A stretch of 64,000 nucleotides of DNA from Candidatus Eiseniibacteriota bacterium. Its GTDB lineage: Bacteria > Eisenbacteria > RBG-16-71-46. Below are positions 39,445 through 49,059 of this stretch, piece after piece; positions within the stretch are counted from its first letter, which is position 1; each line of letters begins with the position of its first letter. The DNA is taken from assembly GCA_963717935.1 (NCBI GenBank), contig CAVQXP010000004.1, forward strand, positions 1,728,001-1,792,000, read 5' to 3'. The notes beneath the pieces were generated by a model, which saw only the letters and a program-made list of their open reading frames with translations, was not told where the DNA came from and searched no databases. Position numbers and translations under genes: made by a program.

Positions 39445-40836
39445 CTAGTCGGCGAGGCCCGTGACGTCCTCGTGGCCGCGCACGTCGCCGGCCGCGCCGA
39501 TCACCGGATAGGAGCCCGGCACGAACGGGGCGTATTTCGCCGCCACTGCCGCCGTGCCCGGGACCTGCAGTTTCTGCAACAGGAAGCGGAACTTGTCCTC
39601 GAGCGTCCGGCCGATCGTCGCGCGCACCGGCGCCGGCAGGTTCCAGAGTTCGCGCTTGAACAGGCCATTGGCCTTCTTGCGCGTCTTGTAGAAGAACTGC
39701 TCGTCGGTGTCGCCCGCCTTGCGCTCGTCGGCCGCCACCACGCGCAGGCGCTCGTAGATCGCGCGCTTCAGGTCGCCGGGGAAGTCCGGGTGGTCGTAGA
39801 TCATGTTCTGGAACTCGGTCGCGAGGTGGATCTCCGCCGCGCCCAGCTTCGGGAAGCGGTCGAAGAGTTCGGCGGGCAGGGTCGAGGCACCGTGCTGCAC
39901 GGCCCCGGCCATCCCGTAACGCTCGATCGCGAGCTTCGAGAGCGCCTCGATCACGCCGAAGTCCACCTTCACCTGGGCCACGGTCCCGTCCGGCAGCGGC
40001 ACGCCGCCGTGCGATGTCCCGGTCTGGATCGAGATCTTGCTGATGCCCTGCGTGCCGTGGGCAAGACGCTCGAGTGCCTCGCGGTAGACCTTCATGAATG
40101 CATCCAACTCCTCGGGCGTCGAATTGTGGCCGCCCACCTCGCCGATCTCGCCGCCGATCGAGATGGTCACGCCCTTCGGCTGGAGACCGCGGATGAAGGC
40201 GGTGAGCCCGGCGCACAGGCTGCCGTTCAGCTCCTGCTGGGCCTCGAGGTCGGTCTTCGAGAGGTCCACCAGCGTCGAGGTGTCGATGTCGATGTTGTAG
40301 AAGCCCGCGGCGACGGCCTCGCGGCTGAGGTCGCGCACCGCCTGCAGCTCGGCGTCGGGGTCTGCGGCGTATTTCTTCGCGTTGACCTGGAAGTGGTCGC
40401 CCTGGATGAAGATCGGGCCCTTGCAGCCCTCCCGCAGGGCCGCGGCAAGCATCACGACGGTGTACTCGGCGGGGCGCTGGTCGGTGTAGCTGCACTCGGA
40501 GCGGGCGATCTCGCAGATCACGGCGCCGGCGTCCAGCGCCTTGCGCGCGCGCATCAGCGCGCGCGCGGAGTCGTAGGCCATGCCGCGGATGTTGATGGCG
40601 GGCACGGTGAAGTCCGGGGGCAGCTCGCGGCGGCCGCGTGCGGCGTAGAGGGCCTGGATCGACGCCGGGTAGACGCCGGCCGCGCGCGCCTGTTCCAGCA
40701 CCGCCGCGCGGGCGTGGTCGCGCAACTCGCCAGTGCCGAACACGCCGGTCCAGACCAGTCGGTCGAGGGCGTCGCCGTTGCCCGTCGCGAGGGCGGCGGT
40801 GGCGTGGCGGATCTCTTCGAGGCTCTTGAGTTCCAT
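39445..40836 (-). CDS. fba: Class II fructose-bisphosphate aldolase (long form)
   Basis: VPAINIRG, QGDH, DIDTS, GGEIGEVGG, QTGTSHG, VQHGAS, EIHLATE; cotranscribed with fbp. Confidence 0.88.
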   Translation of the reverse strand: MELKSLEEIRHATAALATGNGDALDRLVWTGVFGTGELRDHARAAVLEQARAAGVYPASIQALYAARGRRELPPDFTVPAINIRGMAYDSARALMRARKALDAGAVICEIARSECSYTDQRPAEYTVVMLAAALREGCKGPIFIQGDHFQVNAKKYAADPDAELQAVRDLSREAVAAGFYNIDIDTSTLVDLSKTDLEAQQELNGSLCAGLTAFIRGLQPKGVTISIGGEIGEVGGHNSTPEELDAFMKVYREALERLAHGTQGISKISIQTGTSHGGVPLPDGTVAQVKVDFGVIEALSKLAIERYGMAGAVQHGASTLPAELFDRFPKLGAAEIHLATEFQNMIYDHPDFPGDLKRAIYERLRVVAADERKAGDTDEQFFYKTRKKANGLFKRELWNLPAPVRATIGRTLEDKFRFLLQKLQVPGTAAVAAKYAPFVPGSYPVIGAAGDVRGHEDVTGLAD

Positions 40837-41045
40837 AGGGCGCTGGTCTCCTGTGGGCGCACGGCGGCGATGGCAGAGGAATGCCGGCCGCGGCGCCGAA
40901 AGGGTCCGGGGCTGCGGAAAGTCGGCCGCAGTATACCCTGATGCGCCGACGGGCTGCCATACGGCACGCGAGACGACGGCGGGAGCGGAGACGGCCGAAG
41001 GGCGAGCCTGTAGGCGCAGGGCGAGCGGCGGGATGGCGCGCGCGG

Positions 41046-41074
41046 TTGACACCGCCAGGGCGAGCCGTTTCAAT
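41046..41074 (+). promoter_or_regulatory. Possible sigma70 promoter for xdhC operon
   Basis: TTGACA, 17 nt, TTCAAT. Confidence 0.45.
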
Positions 41075-41112
41075 CGCTGCGGTCCTTCCCGTCCGACTGC
41101 CGAGGAGCGCGC

Positions 41113-42063
41113 TTGAGCATCCCTGCCGAAGATCCGCAGCAGCCCCTGCCCGCGCCCCCGGTGGGCGTCGACAGCGAGGTCGGCCCCGGGGACGACGAGG
41201 GCGTGGTGTGGGCGACGCTGGCCCGCTGGCGCGCGGAGCGCCGGCGCTTCGCGCTGCTCACGGTGGTGGAGACGCGGGGTTCGGCGCCGCGCAAGAGCGG
41301 CGCCCACCTGCTGCTCGCGGAGGATGGCGAGAGCGTCGGCACGCTGGGCGGTGGCGCGATCGAGCACGAAGCGCTGGAGCAGGCGCGCGCGGTGCTGGTG
41401 CAGGGCGGATCGGTGCTCTTCCGGCGCCACCTCGCGCAGGATCTCGGCATGTGCTGCGGAGGCGAGATGGACATCTTCATCGAGGCGGTGGAGCCGAAGC
41501 CCCGGCTCTTCGTCTTCGGGGCGGGCTACATCGGCAAGTCGCTCGTGGCGATGGCCACGGCCTGCGGCTTCGACGTCACGGTGGTGGATGGCCGGAGCGA
41601 GTGGGCGGAACCCGCGCGCTTCCCGGGGGCGGCGGTGCGCTGTCAGGATCCCGAGGACGTGGCGCGCACGCTGGACCTCGCGCCTGGCGACTACGCCTGC
41701 GTGGTGTCCCACGACCACGCGCTCGATCAGCGCCTGGTGCAGATCCTGATCCGCCGCCCGCTGCGCTTCCTGGGGATGATCGGGAGCCGGGCGAAGCAGC
41801 GGAAGTTCGTGCAGCGCCTGCGCGGCCACGGCTACGGTGACGAGGAGATCGCCCGGCTGCACACGCCGCTGGGGCTGGCGATCGGGGCGGCCACGCCCGA
41901 GGAGATCGCGGTGAGCGTGCTCGCGCAGCTCATCGCGGTGCGGCGCGGAGTCCCGATCGAGCCCGGCTGGGAGTCGCCGTCGGGCGCGTATCAGGCGGGA
42001 GAGGAAGTGGACCCGGCCGCGGTCGAAGCCGACCCGGCCACGAAGGAGGGCGAAGGCTCATGA
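41113..42063 (+). CDS. xdhC: XdhC/CoxI family molybdoenzyme accessory protein
   Basis: GSAPRKSGA, GTLGGGAIE, LGMCCGG, FGAGYIG, HDHALD, GMIGS, PLGLAIGAATPEEIAVS. Confidence 0.92.
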   Translation: MSIPAEDPQQPLPAPPVGVDSEVGPGDDEGVVWATLARWRAERRRFALLTVVETRGSAPRKSGAHLLLAEDGESVGTLGGGAIEHEALEQARAVLVQGGSVLFRRHLAQDLGMCCGGEMDIFIEAVEPKPRLFVFGAGYIGKSLVAMATACGFDVTVVDGRSEWAEPARFPGAAVRCQDPEDVARTLDLAPGDYACVVSHDHALDQRLVQILIRRPLRFLGMIGSRAKQRKFVQRLRGHGYGDEEIARLHTPLGLAIGAATPEEIAVSVLAQLIAVRRGVPIEPGWESPSGAYQAGEEVDPAAVEADPATKEGEGS

Positions 42064-42746
42064 TGGTCGGCGTGCTGTTGGCGGCCGGCGCCTCGACGCG
42101 GATGGGGCGGCCGAAGGCGCTCGCGAAGGCGGGGCGGGAGAGCTACGTCGCCCACGGCGTGCGCAACCTGTGGTGCGCGTGCGACACCGTGGTCGTGGTC
42201 CTGGGGGCCGACGCGAAGCGGATCCGCAAGCGCGTCGAGGACGAGTTCGTGCGCCTGGTCGAGACCGGCTGTTTCGACCGGGAGCTGCACGCGGCGCACC
42301 GCCACAAGGCGCAGAAGCTCGAAGTGCGCTTCGTGGTGAACCGCGCCTGGAAGAGGGGCATGTACTCCTCGGCCCGGGTGGGGCTCGCGGCGGCCCTGAA
42401 ATACGATCCGGCGGGGCTGTTCGTGCTGCCCGTGGACCATCCCTCGGTCCGCCCCGGCACGGTGCTGGACCTGGCCACGGTCATGGCCCAGGCCATCCGC
42501 GCCGCGGACAGCCCGGCCCGCCGGCGGGTGGTCCGGCGCCCGGGCTTCTCCTACGCGCTGGTGCCGCGCCTCCGCGGCCGCCGCGGCCACCCCATCGTGC
42601 TGACCGGCGCGCTCGCGCGGGCCATCGTGAAGGACAAGGGGGCCGAGCACCTGAGCGACGCCGTGCGGCGCAGCGCCCGCCTGGTGGGCTACCTCGACGT
42701 GCGCGACGCCGGGATCACGCGCAACGTGAACCGCCCGGGGGACTGA
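42060..42746 (+). CDS. MocA/MobA-like nucleotidyltransferase
   Basis: LLAAGASTRMGRPKAL, N..W..GMYSS, LPVDHP, GHPIV, NVNRP. Confidence 0.85.
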   Translation: MMVGVLLAAGASTRMGRPKALAKAGRESYVAHGVRNLWCACDTVVVVLGADAKRIRKRVEDEFVRLVETGCFDRELHAAHRHKAQKLEVRFVVNRAWKRGMYSSARVGLAAALKYDPAGLFVLPVDHPSVRPGTVLDLATVMAQAIRAADSPARRRVVRRPGFSYALVPRLRGRRGHPIVLTGALARAIVKDKGAEHLSDAVRRSARLVGYLDVRDAGITRNVNRPGD

Positions 42747-42765
42747 GCGTGCCGACGGAGGGACG

Positions 42766-43317
42766 ATGAGCGGCCGCCCGCTGGTCGCGGTCTTCGGCAG
42801 CAGCACCATCCGCGAGCCGGGCCCGGAGTACCGCGAGGCCGAGGAACTCGGGCGCCGGCTCGCCGAGGCCGGGGCCGATGTCATCACCGGCGGCTATGGC
42901 GGGGCCATGGCCGCCTGCTCGCGTGGCGCCCGCGAGGCCGGGGCGCACGTGGTGGGCGTGACGGTCGAGACCTTCGAGAGCCGGGGCCCGGTGAATCGCT
43001 GGGTCCAGGAGCGCGTGCACACGAGCGACCTGTTCGAGCGGCTGCGCCACATCATCGGCCGGGCGGACGCGTTCATCGCCGTCTCGGGGAGCGTGGGCAC
43101 GATCGCGGAGATCCTGCTGACCTGGAACCTGCTCATGGCGCAGGCGCGCCCGCCGGCGCCGCTCGTGCTGCTGGGCGCGCCGTGGAAGGGCTGGCTCGAG
43201 GCTCATCGCGAGCCAGGCCTCGTGCTGCCGGGATTGTTCGCCTACGTGCAGCTCGCGGACACGCCCGAACAGGCCGTGCGGCTCGCGCTCGACGGGGCCG
43301 GTCCAGGCGCCACCTGA
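42766..43317 (+). CDS. LOG family nucleotide phosphoribohydrolase-like protein
   Basis: VAVFGSS, TGGYGGAMAA..RGA, FERL, GSVGTIAE. Confidence 0.85.
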   Translation: MSGRPLVAVFGSSTIREPGPEYREAEELGRRLAEAGADVITGGYGGAMAACSRGAREAGAHVVGVTVETFESRGPVNRWVQERVHTSDLFERLRHIIGRADAFIAVSGSVGTIAEILLTWNLLMAQARPPAPLVLLGAPWKGWLEAHREPGLVLPGLFAYVQLADTPEQAVRLALDGAGPGAT

Positions 43318-43416
43318 ACCCGGCGCCCGCTCGCGGCCCGGCCTGGAGCGCCGGGGCCGCGCTCTGCTAGAGTGCCGGCCTCAATTCCCCACGACCACGC
43401 AGGAGGAGGTCCAGCC

Positions 43417-44214
43417 ATGGACGCGACCGGCGCTGCCCGGCCCCTCAGGATCATCCGCGAGCCGAAGGTGTTCCTGGTGGGCCGCCAGGTTGCGGATCCC
43501 GGGGCCATCGAGCGCTTCCTCGCGGAACACGAGCTGACCTGGAGCACCGACACGGAGGTTGGCGCCGAGGTGCTGGCCGAGATGGCCGGCCGCCTCTGCT
43601 ACCTGTCCTACGGCAAGGGCCGCAAGACGAACCGCGAGTTCCTCGACCACCTCATCGAGGTGGGGCACGGCTCGGTGCTGGAGCACGCCGTGTGGAGCTT
43701 CGTCATCACCGGCGTGTCGCGCTCGTTCACGCACGAGCTGGTGCGGCACCGCGCGGGCTGGGCCTACTCACAGCTCTCGCAGCGCTACGTGAACGAATCG
43801 GAATCGCCCTACGTCGAGCCCGACGTCATCGCGGACGACCCGGCCCTGCACGCCATCTGGACCGGGGCGGTGAACGGAGCGCGCGAGGCCTACGACCGGC
43901 TGGTGGCCGGTCTGGAGCGGCACTACGCCAGCGAGCTCGACAGCACGCTGCGCCGCAAGCTGGCCCGTCAGGCCGCGCGCTCGGTGCTCCCGAACGCCAC
44001 CGAGACCCGGATCTTCGTCACCGCCAATGCCCGGGCGCTGCGGCACTTCATCGAGATGCGCGGTTCGGAGGCGGCCGACGTCGAGATCCGCAAGGTGGCG
44101 CTGCAGGTGCTGGACCTCATGCGGCAGGAGTCCCCCGCGCTCTTCTCGGACTACGAGCGGGTGCCGCTGCCGAACGGGGGACAGGCGGTGCGGACGCCTC
44201 ACCCCAAGGTCTAG
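43417..44214 (+). CDS. thyX: FAD-dependent thymidylate synthase
   Basis: GRLCY, GHGSVLEH, SRSFTHELVRHR...SQLSQRYV, ARSVLPNATET, NARALRHF; AGGAGG RBS. Confidence 0.96.
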   Translation: MDATGAARPLRIIREPKVFLVGRQVADPGAIERFLAEHELTWSTDTEVGAEVLAEMAGRLCYLSYGKGRKTNREFLDHLIEVGHGSVLEHAVWSFVITGVSRSFTHELVRHRAGWAYSQLSQRYVNESESPYVEPDVIADDPALHAIWTGAVNGAREAYDRLVAGLERHYASELDSTLRRKLARQAARSVLPNATETRIFVTANARALRHFIEMRGSEAADVEIRKVALQVLDLMRQESPALFSDYERVPLPNGGQAVRTPHPKV

Positions 44215-44390
44215 CCGGGCGTGCCCCCCGGCCGCCCCTGGCGCGTGACGCCGGGGCCCGCCAGGAGTAGACTGAGTGGCCAGAAGCACGTCCCGTGCGC
44301 AGGACGCGCCGGGAGGGCCCGCGCGTCGCGTTCAACATCGTGGCGCCCCGGCCGATGACGCATGGGGGTTCCGCCACGGAGGGTGTGACC

Positions 44391-45527
44391 ATGTGGAAGA
44401 CCTCGTCCGGCAGCACCGGGCGGCTGCTCCAGCTTTGCGCCGGCTACTTCGGCCTCTACGTGCTCAACGGGATGTTCGCCAAGATCTTCACCGGCGGCCA
44501 TCCGTACCGCATGCCGGAGATGGCCTACCTCTTCAACAACACGCTCGGCGGCAGCATGATCGCCCTGACCGTGGTCTTCGTCATGGGCTGGATCAGGCTC
44601 CAGTCCAACCGCCTGGTGAAGTGGGGACCGTTCACCGTCCCCTCCGAGGTCGCCTACATCATCCCCTCGGGCATCTGCACGGCGGTGGTCATCCCCACCA
44701 CCACCCTCATGTACACCCTGCCCATCTCCGTGATGGTGGCCATGGTGATCATGCGCGGCAGCATCATCGTGATCAGCCGGCTGATCGATGCGGTCCAGAT
44801 CAAACAGGGCATCCTCAAGAAACACGTCTACGGCGAGGAGAACTGGGCGGTGGTGTTCGCCCTGCTCGCGGTCGCCACGAACGTGGTCCTGCTCCCGGTC
44901 GTCTCCTACCTCGAGGGCCGCGGCATCGGAGCTGCCCACTGGCTGGGGCTCACGCCCGGTGCGCTCCGGGGCAGCTTCGACTTCATCCATTCACCCCAGG
45001 CGATGACGATCATGGGCCTCTACATCACGGCCTACACGATCCGCATCTACATCATGAACTACTTCAAGAACACCCGGGCGAAGGGCGTGCCGCTCGACAA
45101 CAAGGGCTTCTTCGCCGTCGAGCAGATCGCCGCGAGCCTGGCGATGGCGGCGATCCTCGCGTTCTTCTACTTCGGCTCGCCCGCCTTCGGCTGGACGGCG
45201 AAGCCGATCGAGGAGTTCCGCGGGGCGGTCACGCACCCGAGCCTGGGCGCGTTCCTCACGGGCCTGCCGTACGGCGTGCTCGCGTTCTTCTCGGTCTTCA
45301 TCTTCATGTTCAAGGGCCGCACCGCGACCTTCGCCGGGCTCGTGAACCGGCTCACCTCGCTGCTGGCGGGGACCGCGGCGACCCTGCTCATGTTCTTCGT
45401 CTTCAAGGCGAAGTTCCCGGCGCTGCAGGACTGGGTCTCGGTGGGCTTCATCCTGGTCGCGGTCTACTTCCTGGGCCGCGCCGAGAAGCGGCGGATGGGC
45501 GAGCTGGCGAGGGAAGCGGCAGTCTGA
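44391..45527 (+). CDS. Polytopic membrane protein (about 10 TM), possibly DMT-superfamily transporter
   Basis: GGAGGG RBS; strong GC3 codon bias; repeated hydrophobic segments in two halves. Confidence 0.7.
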   Translation: MWKTSSGSTGRLLQLCAGYFGLYVLNGMFAKIFTGGHPYRMPEMAYLFNNTLGGSMIALTVVFVMGWIRLQSNRLVKWGPFTVPSEVAYIIPSGICTAVVIPTTTLMYTLPISVMVAMVIMRGSIIVISRLIDAVQIKQGILKKHVYGEENWAVVFALLAVATNVVLLPVVSYLEGRGIGAAHWLGLTPGALRGSFDFIHSPQAMTIMGLYITAYTIRIYIMNYFKNTRAKGVPLDNKGFFAVEQIAASLAMAAILAFFYFGSPAFGWTAKPIEEFRGAVTHPSLGAFLTGLPYGVLAFFSVFIFMFKGRTATFAGLVNRLTSLLAGTAATLLMFFVFKAKFPALQDWVSVGFILVAVYFLGRAEKRRMGELAREAAV

Positions 45528-45549
45528 CGGCGCCAGCCGGGGCCGGACG

Positions 45550-45589
45550 GCAGGGGGGGCGGGACCGCCGCGGGTCCCGCCCCCCCTGC
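45550..45589. terminator. 17-bp perfect inverted repeat between convergent genes
   Basis: GCAGGGGGGGCGGGACC-N6-GGTCCCGCCCCCCCTGC. Confidence 0.7.
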
Positions 45590-45609
45590 GCGTCGCGCCT
45601 CCGGCGGTC

Positions 45610-46922
45610 CTAGTGCGCGGCCGCGTGCGGACGCGGGCGGGCATTCCAGAGGAACAGCATGAGGACCGCGCCGACCCCGGCGAAGCCGATCATGCTGGGG
45701 CCCCACGATCCCCAGCCGAAGTGCTCGAGCATCCAGCCCATCCCGAAGCCCACGAACGAGCCGCCCACGTACTGCATGCCGTCGAAGAGGCCCGCGGCCG
45801 TGGCGGCGGCGCGCTTGCCGCCGAAGTCCATCGAGGCCGTGCCGGAGAGCATCGAGTGCACCATCGAGATGGCCATGGAGTTGACGATGAACGCCGCGAT
45901 GACCGCCTCCATGCTGGGAGCGCGCCAGACCACCGCGAGGCTCGCGATCTGCAGCGCGTAGCCGATGAACGCGACCGGTGGCCGCCGGTGGCCGAAGACC
46001 CTGTCCGAGGCGTAGCCGGCGATGAACGCGCCGGCGATGCCCGCCCCGACGATGATGAGAGCGTTGCGCTGGAAGATGGGGCTGTCGAGCTCGAGATGCT
46101 GGACCTCCTGCATGTAGCGCGGGAACCACTGCTCGAAGCCCTGGCGCACCAGCCCGGTGCAGAACTCGGCCACGGCGATGGTGATGGCGACCGGGTTCGT
46201 GAAGACCCGGCGCACGACGTAGCCCAGCGTGATCTTCTCGGTGTCGCCGCTGGTCGCGTCCTGCGGGTCGAACTCGCCCAGGCCGGCCTCCTTGGGCGAG
46301 TCCTGGACGACCAGGAACGTGAAGACCGACATGAGCGCGACGATGCCCGCGGGGATGAAGAAGCGCCACTGCCAGGGCAGGGCGATGACGAAGGGCGTGG
46401 CGAGCAGCAGGAAGACGAGGAAGCGCCCACTCTGGATCATCGAGCCGAAGATGGCCGAGAAGACCCCACGCTCGGTCACGTGGAACCAGCCCGAGTTCAC
46501 CTTGATCAGTGACAGGGCGCTGTAGGACTGGAAGTACATGTTCAGCGTCCAGGTCGTGGCCAGGTAGCCGAGCAGCAGCGGCCCCGTGCCGAGGACGCCC
46601 AGGTAGGCGCCGAGGCCGAACATGACGTTGAACAGGAAGGCGCCGAGCGAGCCGATGAGCATCGCCTTGCGTCCGCCCAGCCGGTCGGCGATCGGACCGT
46701 TGAAGAGCGCCGCGATGCCGTACAGCAGCGTCGCCGAGCTGATGATGGCGCCGACCTGGGCCTTGTCCCAGCCGTAGGTGTCGGAGAGCGCCTTGTTGGC
46801 GAGCGGGAAGTTGTACCTCGCCATGTACATGGCGGCGTAGGTGAGCCCGAGCACGAACCAGTTCTGGGTGCGGCGGACTCGGAACGCGGGGTGTGGACGG
46901 GGCGCACGTACACGACGGCCAT
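45610..46922 (-). CDS. MFS transporter, GlpT/organophosphate antiporter-like (one frameshift near 46890)
   Basis: YAAMYMARYNF, GPIADRLG, NMYFQS, WFHVTERG, QWFPRY, ASDRVFGHRRPP, AAATAAGLFDGMQYVG. Confidence 0.88.
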
Positions 46923-47157
46923 CGGGAGTCTCTCCGAGCGGAAGTGAGAGGCTGAGCGGTCGTCCGTGACGCGCTGTGCGTTTGCGGAGGACTTTTAGTG
47001 GGAACGGCCCCCGGGGTCAAGTGCCGAAGCGCCCCGCGGCGCGACGATCCGTGCCGAAACGCCCGCGCAGCCGGACGGAGACGCCGGCGCTTGCGCGCGG
47101 GGCCCGGACGCCCCATCTTTGCCATGTGCTCCACCCGGACTAGGGAAGGAGATCGCG

Positions 47158-47694
47158 ATGAGGTCCCTGCAAGAGGCGATCGGCCGCGAACTGACCTGGA
47201 AGCCGCGCAGCCTGCTGTCGCACACTCACGATCTGGTGGACCCGCAGTCCGGTGACGCCGAGCCCTGGGCGACGCTGGCCTGGCGCGCGGGGCTCCTGAT
47301 GCAGGCCCCGGCGGAGGCGCAGTCGGGTGATGGCAGCTGGCACTTCCGCCGCCGGGGGTTCTTCCGCGAGAACGTGCTCGTGTTCGCGCCGGACGGCGCC
47401 ACTCCGGTGGCCACGCTGAAGCGCTCCTGGCGACACGGCACACTACGCCTCGAGGACGGCAGGGAGTTCACGTGGAGACGGGAGGCCTTCTGGCGTCTGT
47501 CCTGGCGGTTCGAGGACGCCAATGGCAATGCCGTGGTGCGCCTCCGCTGGCGGTTCTCACTGCCGCGCAGCACGGCGCGGGTGGAGTTCGAGTCCTCCGC
47601 CGCTCCGGTTGGCGACCTGGCTCTTCTGGCCTGCCTGGGCTGGTACCTGGTGCTCCTGTCCCACCGGCGGGCGGTCGCCCATGGCGCCAGTTGA
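47158..47694 (+). CDS. Hypothetical protein (possibly Tubby-C/LURP-one-like fold)
   Basis: AAGGAG RBS; aromatic-rich beta strands then one C-terminal hydrophobic helix (DLALLACLGWYLVLL). Confidence 0.65.
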   Translation: MRSLQEAIGRELTWKPRSLLSHTHDLVDPQSGDAEPWATLAWRAGLLMQAPAEAQSGDGSWHFRRRGFFRENVLVFAPDGATPVATLKRSWRHGTLRLEDGREFTWRREAFWRLSWRFEDANGNAVVRLRWRFSLPRSTARVEFESSAAPVGDLALLACLGWYLVLLSHRRAVAHGAS

Positions 47695-47864
47695 TCGGGC
47701 CGAGGGAGGACGGGCCCTCGACATGAGCGGAACTGCACCCTCCACGGCCAACAAGAAGCCTTGATGGGCCTTCCTGTGGCGTCCAGATATGGAACGCTCT
47801 GTTGTGCTGCAATGGATTGCAGTCTTGGAACCTAGTTTGCGAGGTCCCGCCCTTCATCGAGAGG

Positions 47865-47894
47865 TTGACTGTGGCCGATTGCGGCCACTAGGTT
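47865..47894 (+). promoter_or_regulatory. Sigma70-type promoter with palindromic spacer upstream of tandem OMP genes
   Basis: TTGACT, GTGGCCG-ATTG-CGGCCAC (18 nt), TAGGTT. Confidence 0.55.
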
Positions 47895-48237
47895 CCGCGG
47901 CGGAAGCGACGGTCAAGGAGAGGCTGTCGAGGACTGCAGGCGGCCCGGGCTGTCGGGGCCGCGCATCGAGACCAGGGAGGTCATGCGTGTCTCGTAACCA
48001 TCCCCGCGGAACGCTCCCTTTCCAGCATCGAGGCCCTGGCCGTGTCCGGGGCGCTCGGGCCCGGGGTGAAACTCCCCTGGTGTAGTCCAGACGGTCGGAA
48101 TGGGCCGACCGGCCGTCCGCGGCAGAGGCCCTGATCACGACGGAAGCCAGTTGGTCGTTTCTCGAAATGGCGGCGGATCATCGGCGCGGTAGCCGGCCCG
48201 ACTGCCCAGTCAGACCCTAGAAGCGGAGGAAACAGAG

Positions 48238-48843
48238 ATGCGGAAGCTCGGAATCGTGATGGCTGCGCTGGCGTGCCTGTCGTTCATGGCTTTCCCGGTG
48301 TCAGCCGCGCAGGGCGACATGTCCTTCGGCCTGACCGGCGGCATGGCGATGCCAATGGGCGACTTCAGTGACATCTTCAAGCCTGGCTTCTGCGGCGGTG
48401 TCTATGGGGACTACATGATTGCCGAGCAGTTCGCGATCGGCGTCGACGGGATGTACAACCAGCACAGCGCCAAGGATGAGTGGAATGACCTGCTGAGCTT
48501 CCTTGCGGGCCAGACCGTCGAGGCGACCTGGACGACGTTCCAGTTCGGCGGCCACGTCAAGTGGATGCCTCCGATGAAGGACTCGCCGGCGATCCCGTAT
48601 GTCCAGGCTGGCGCGGGCATGTACAACCTGAAGGCCAAGGTCGAGGCTGGTGGCGACAGCGCGGATGACTCCGAGAGCAAGTTCGGCTTCAACGGTGGCC
48701 TCGGTGTCGATTTCAAGGTGAACCCGCAGTTCACCATCGGCGTGGGCGGCGCGTTCCACCACGTCCTCACCGAAGGCGATGCCCTCCAGTACTTCAACGT
48801 GGGCGTGAACGTCGGCTTCTTGACCACCGGCACCACCAAGTAG
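48238..48843 (+). CDS. Small outer-membrane beta-barrel protein (8-strand OmpA-TM-like)
   Basis: GGAGG RBS; signal peptide; PYVQAGAGMY, KFGFNGGLGVDF, YFNVGVNVGF. Confidence 0.88.
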   Translation: MRKLGIVMAALACLSFMAFPVSAAQGDMSFGLTGGMAMPMGDFSDIFKPGFCGGVYGDYMIAEQFAIGVDGMYNQHSAKDEWNDLLSFLAGQTVEATWTTFQFGGHVKWMPPMKDSPAIPYVQAGAGMYNLKAKVEAGGDSADDSESKFGFNGGLGVDFKVNPQFTIGVGGAFHHVLTEGDALQYFNVGVNVGFLTTGTTK

Positions 48844-49059
48844 CGCGCTCGCCCTTCGAGGCGGCAGACGGCCGGCCCGGGTCATCCGATCCAGGCCGGC
48901 CGTGATGGATGAGAGATCGTTGAGGTTGACCGGACCCGGTGGCCAGGTTTCATGCGGACGCGCCGGATCGATGGACAGTGCTTCTCATGGGACGAGGGTG
49001 GCCGGACTTGCGTGGTCGGTTGCGCCATCCCGTCAGACCCCGACAAGCAGGAGCCCCCG

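Noticed and set aside
38393..41862. 855-aa FBPase and 805-aa aldolase with long N-terminal extensions
   Set aside because: Extensions are stop-free off-frame or antisense sequence typical of high GC; RBS-supported starts are near 39436 and 40836.
48060..48230. c-di-GMP-I riboswitch
   Set aside because: GAAA loop and GGTAGCCGG are suggestive, but the GGCAAA and GACGCAAAG core elements are missing.
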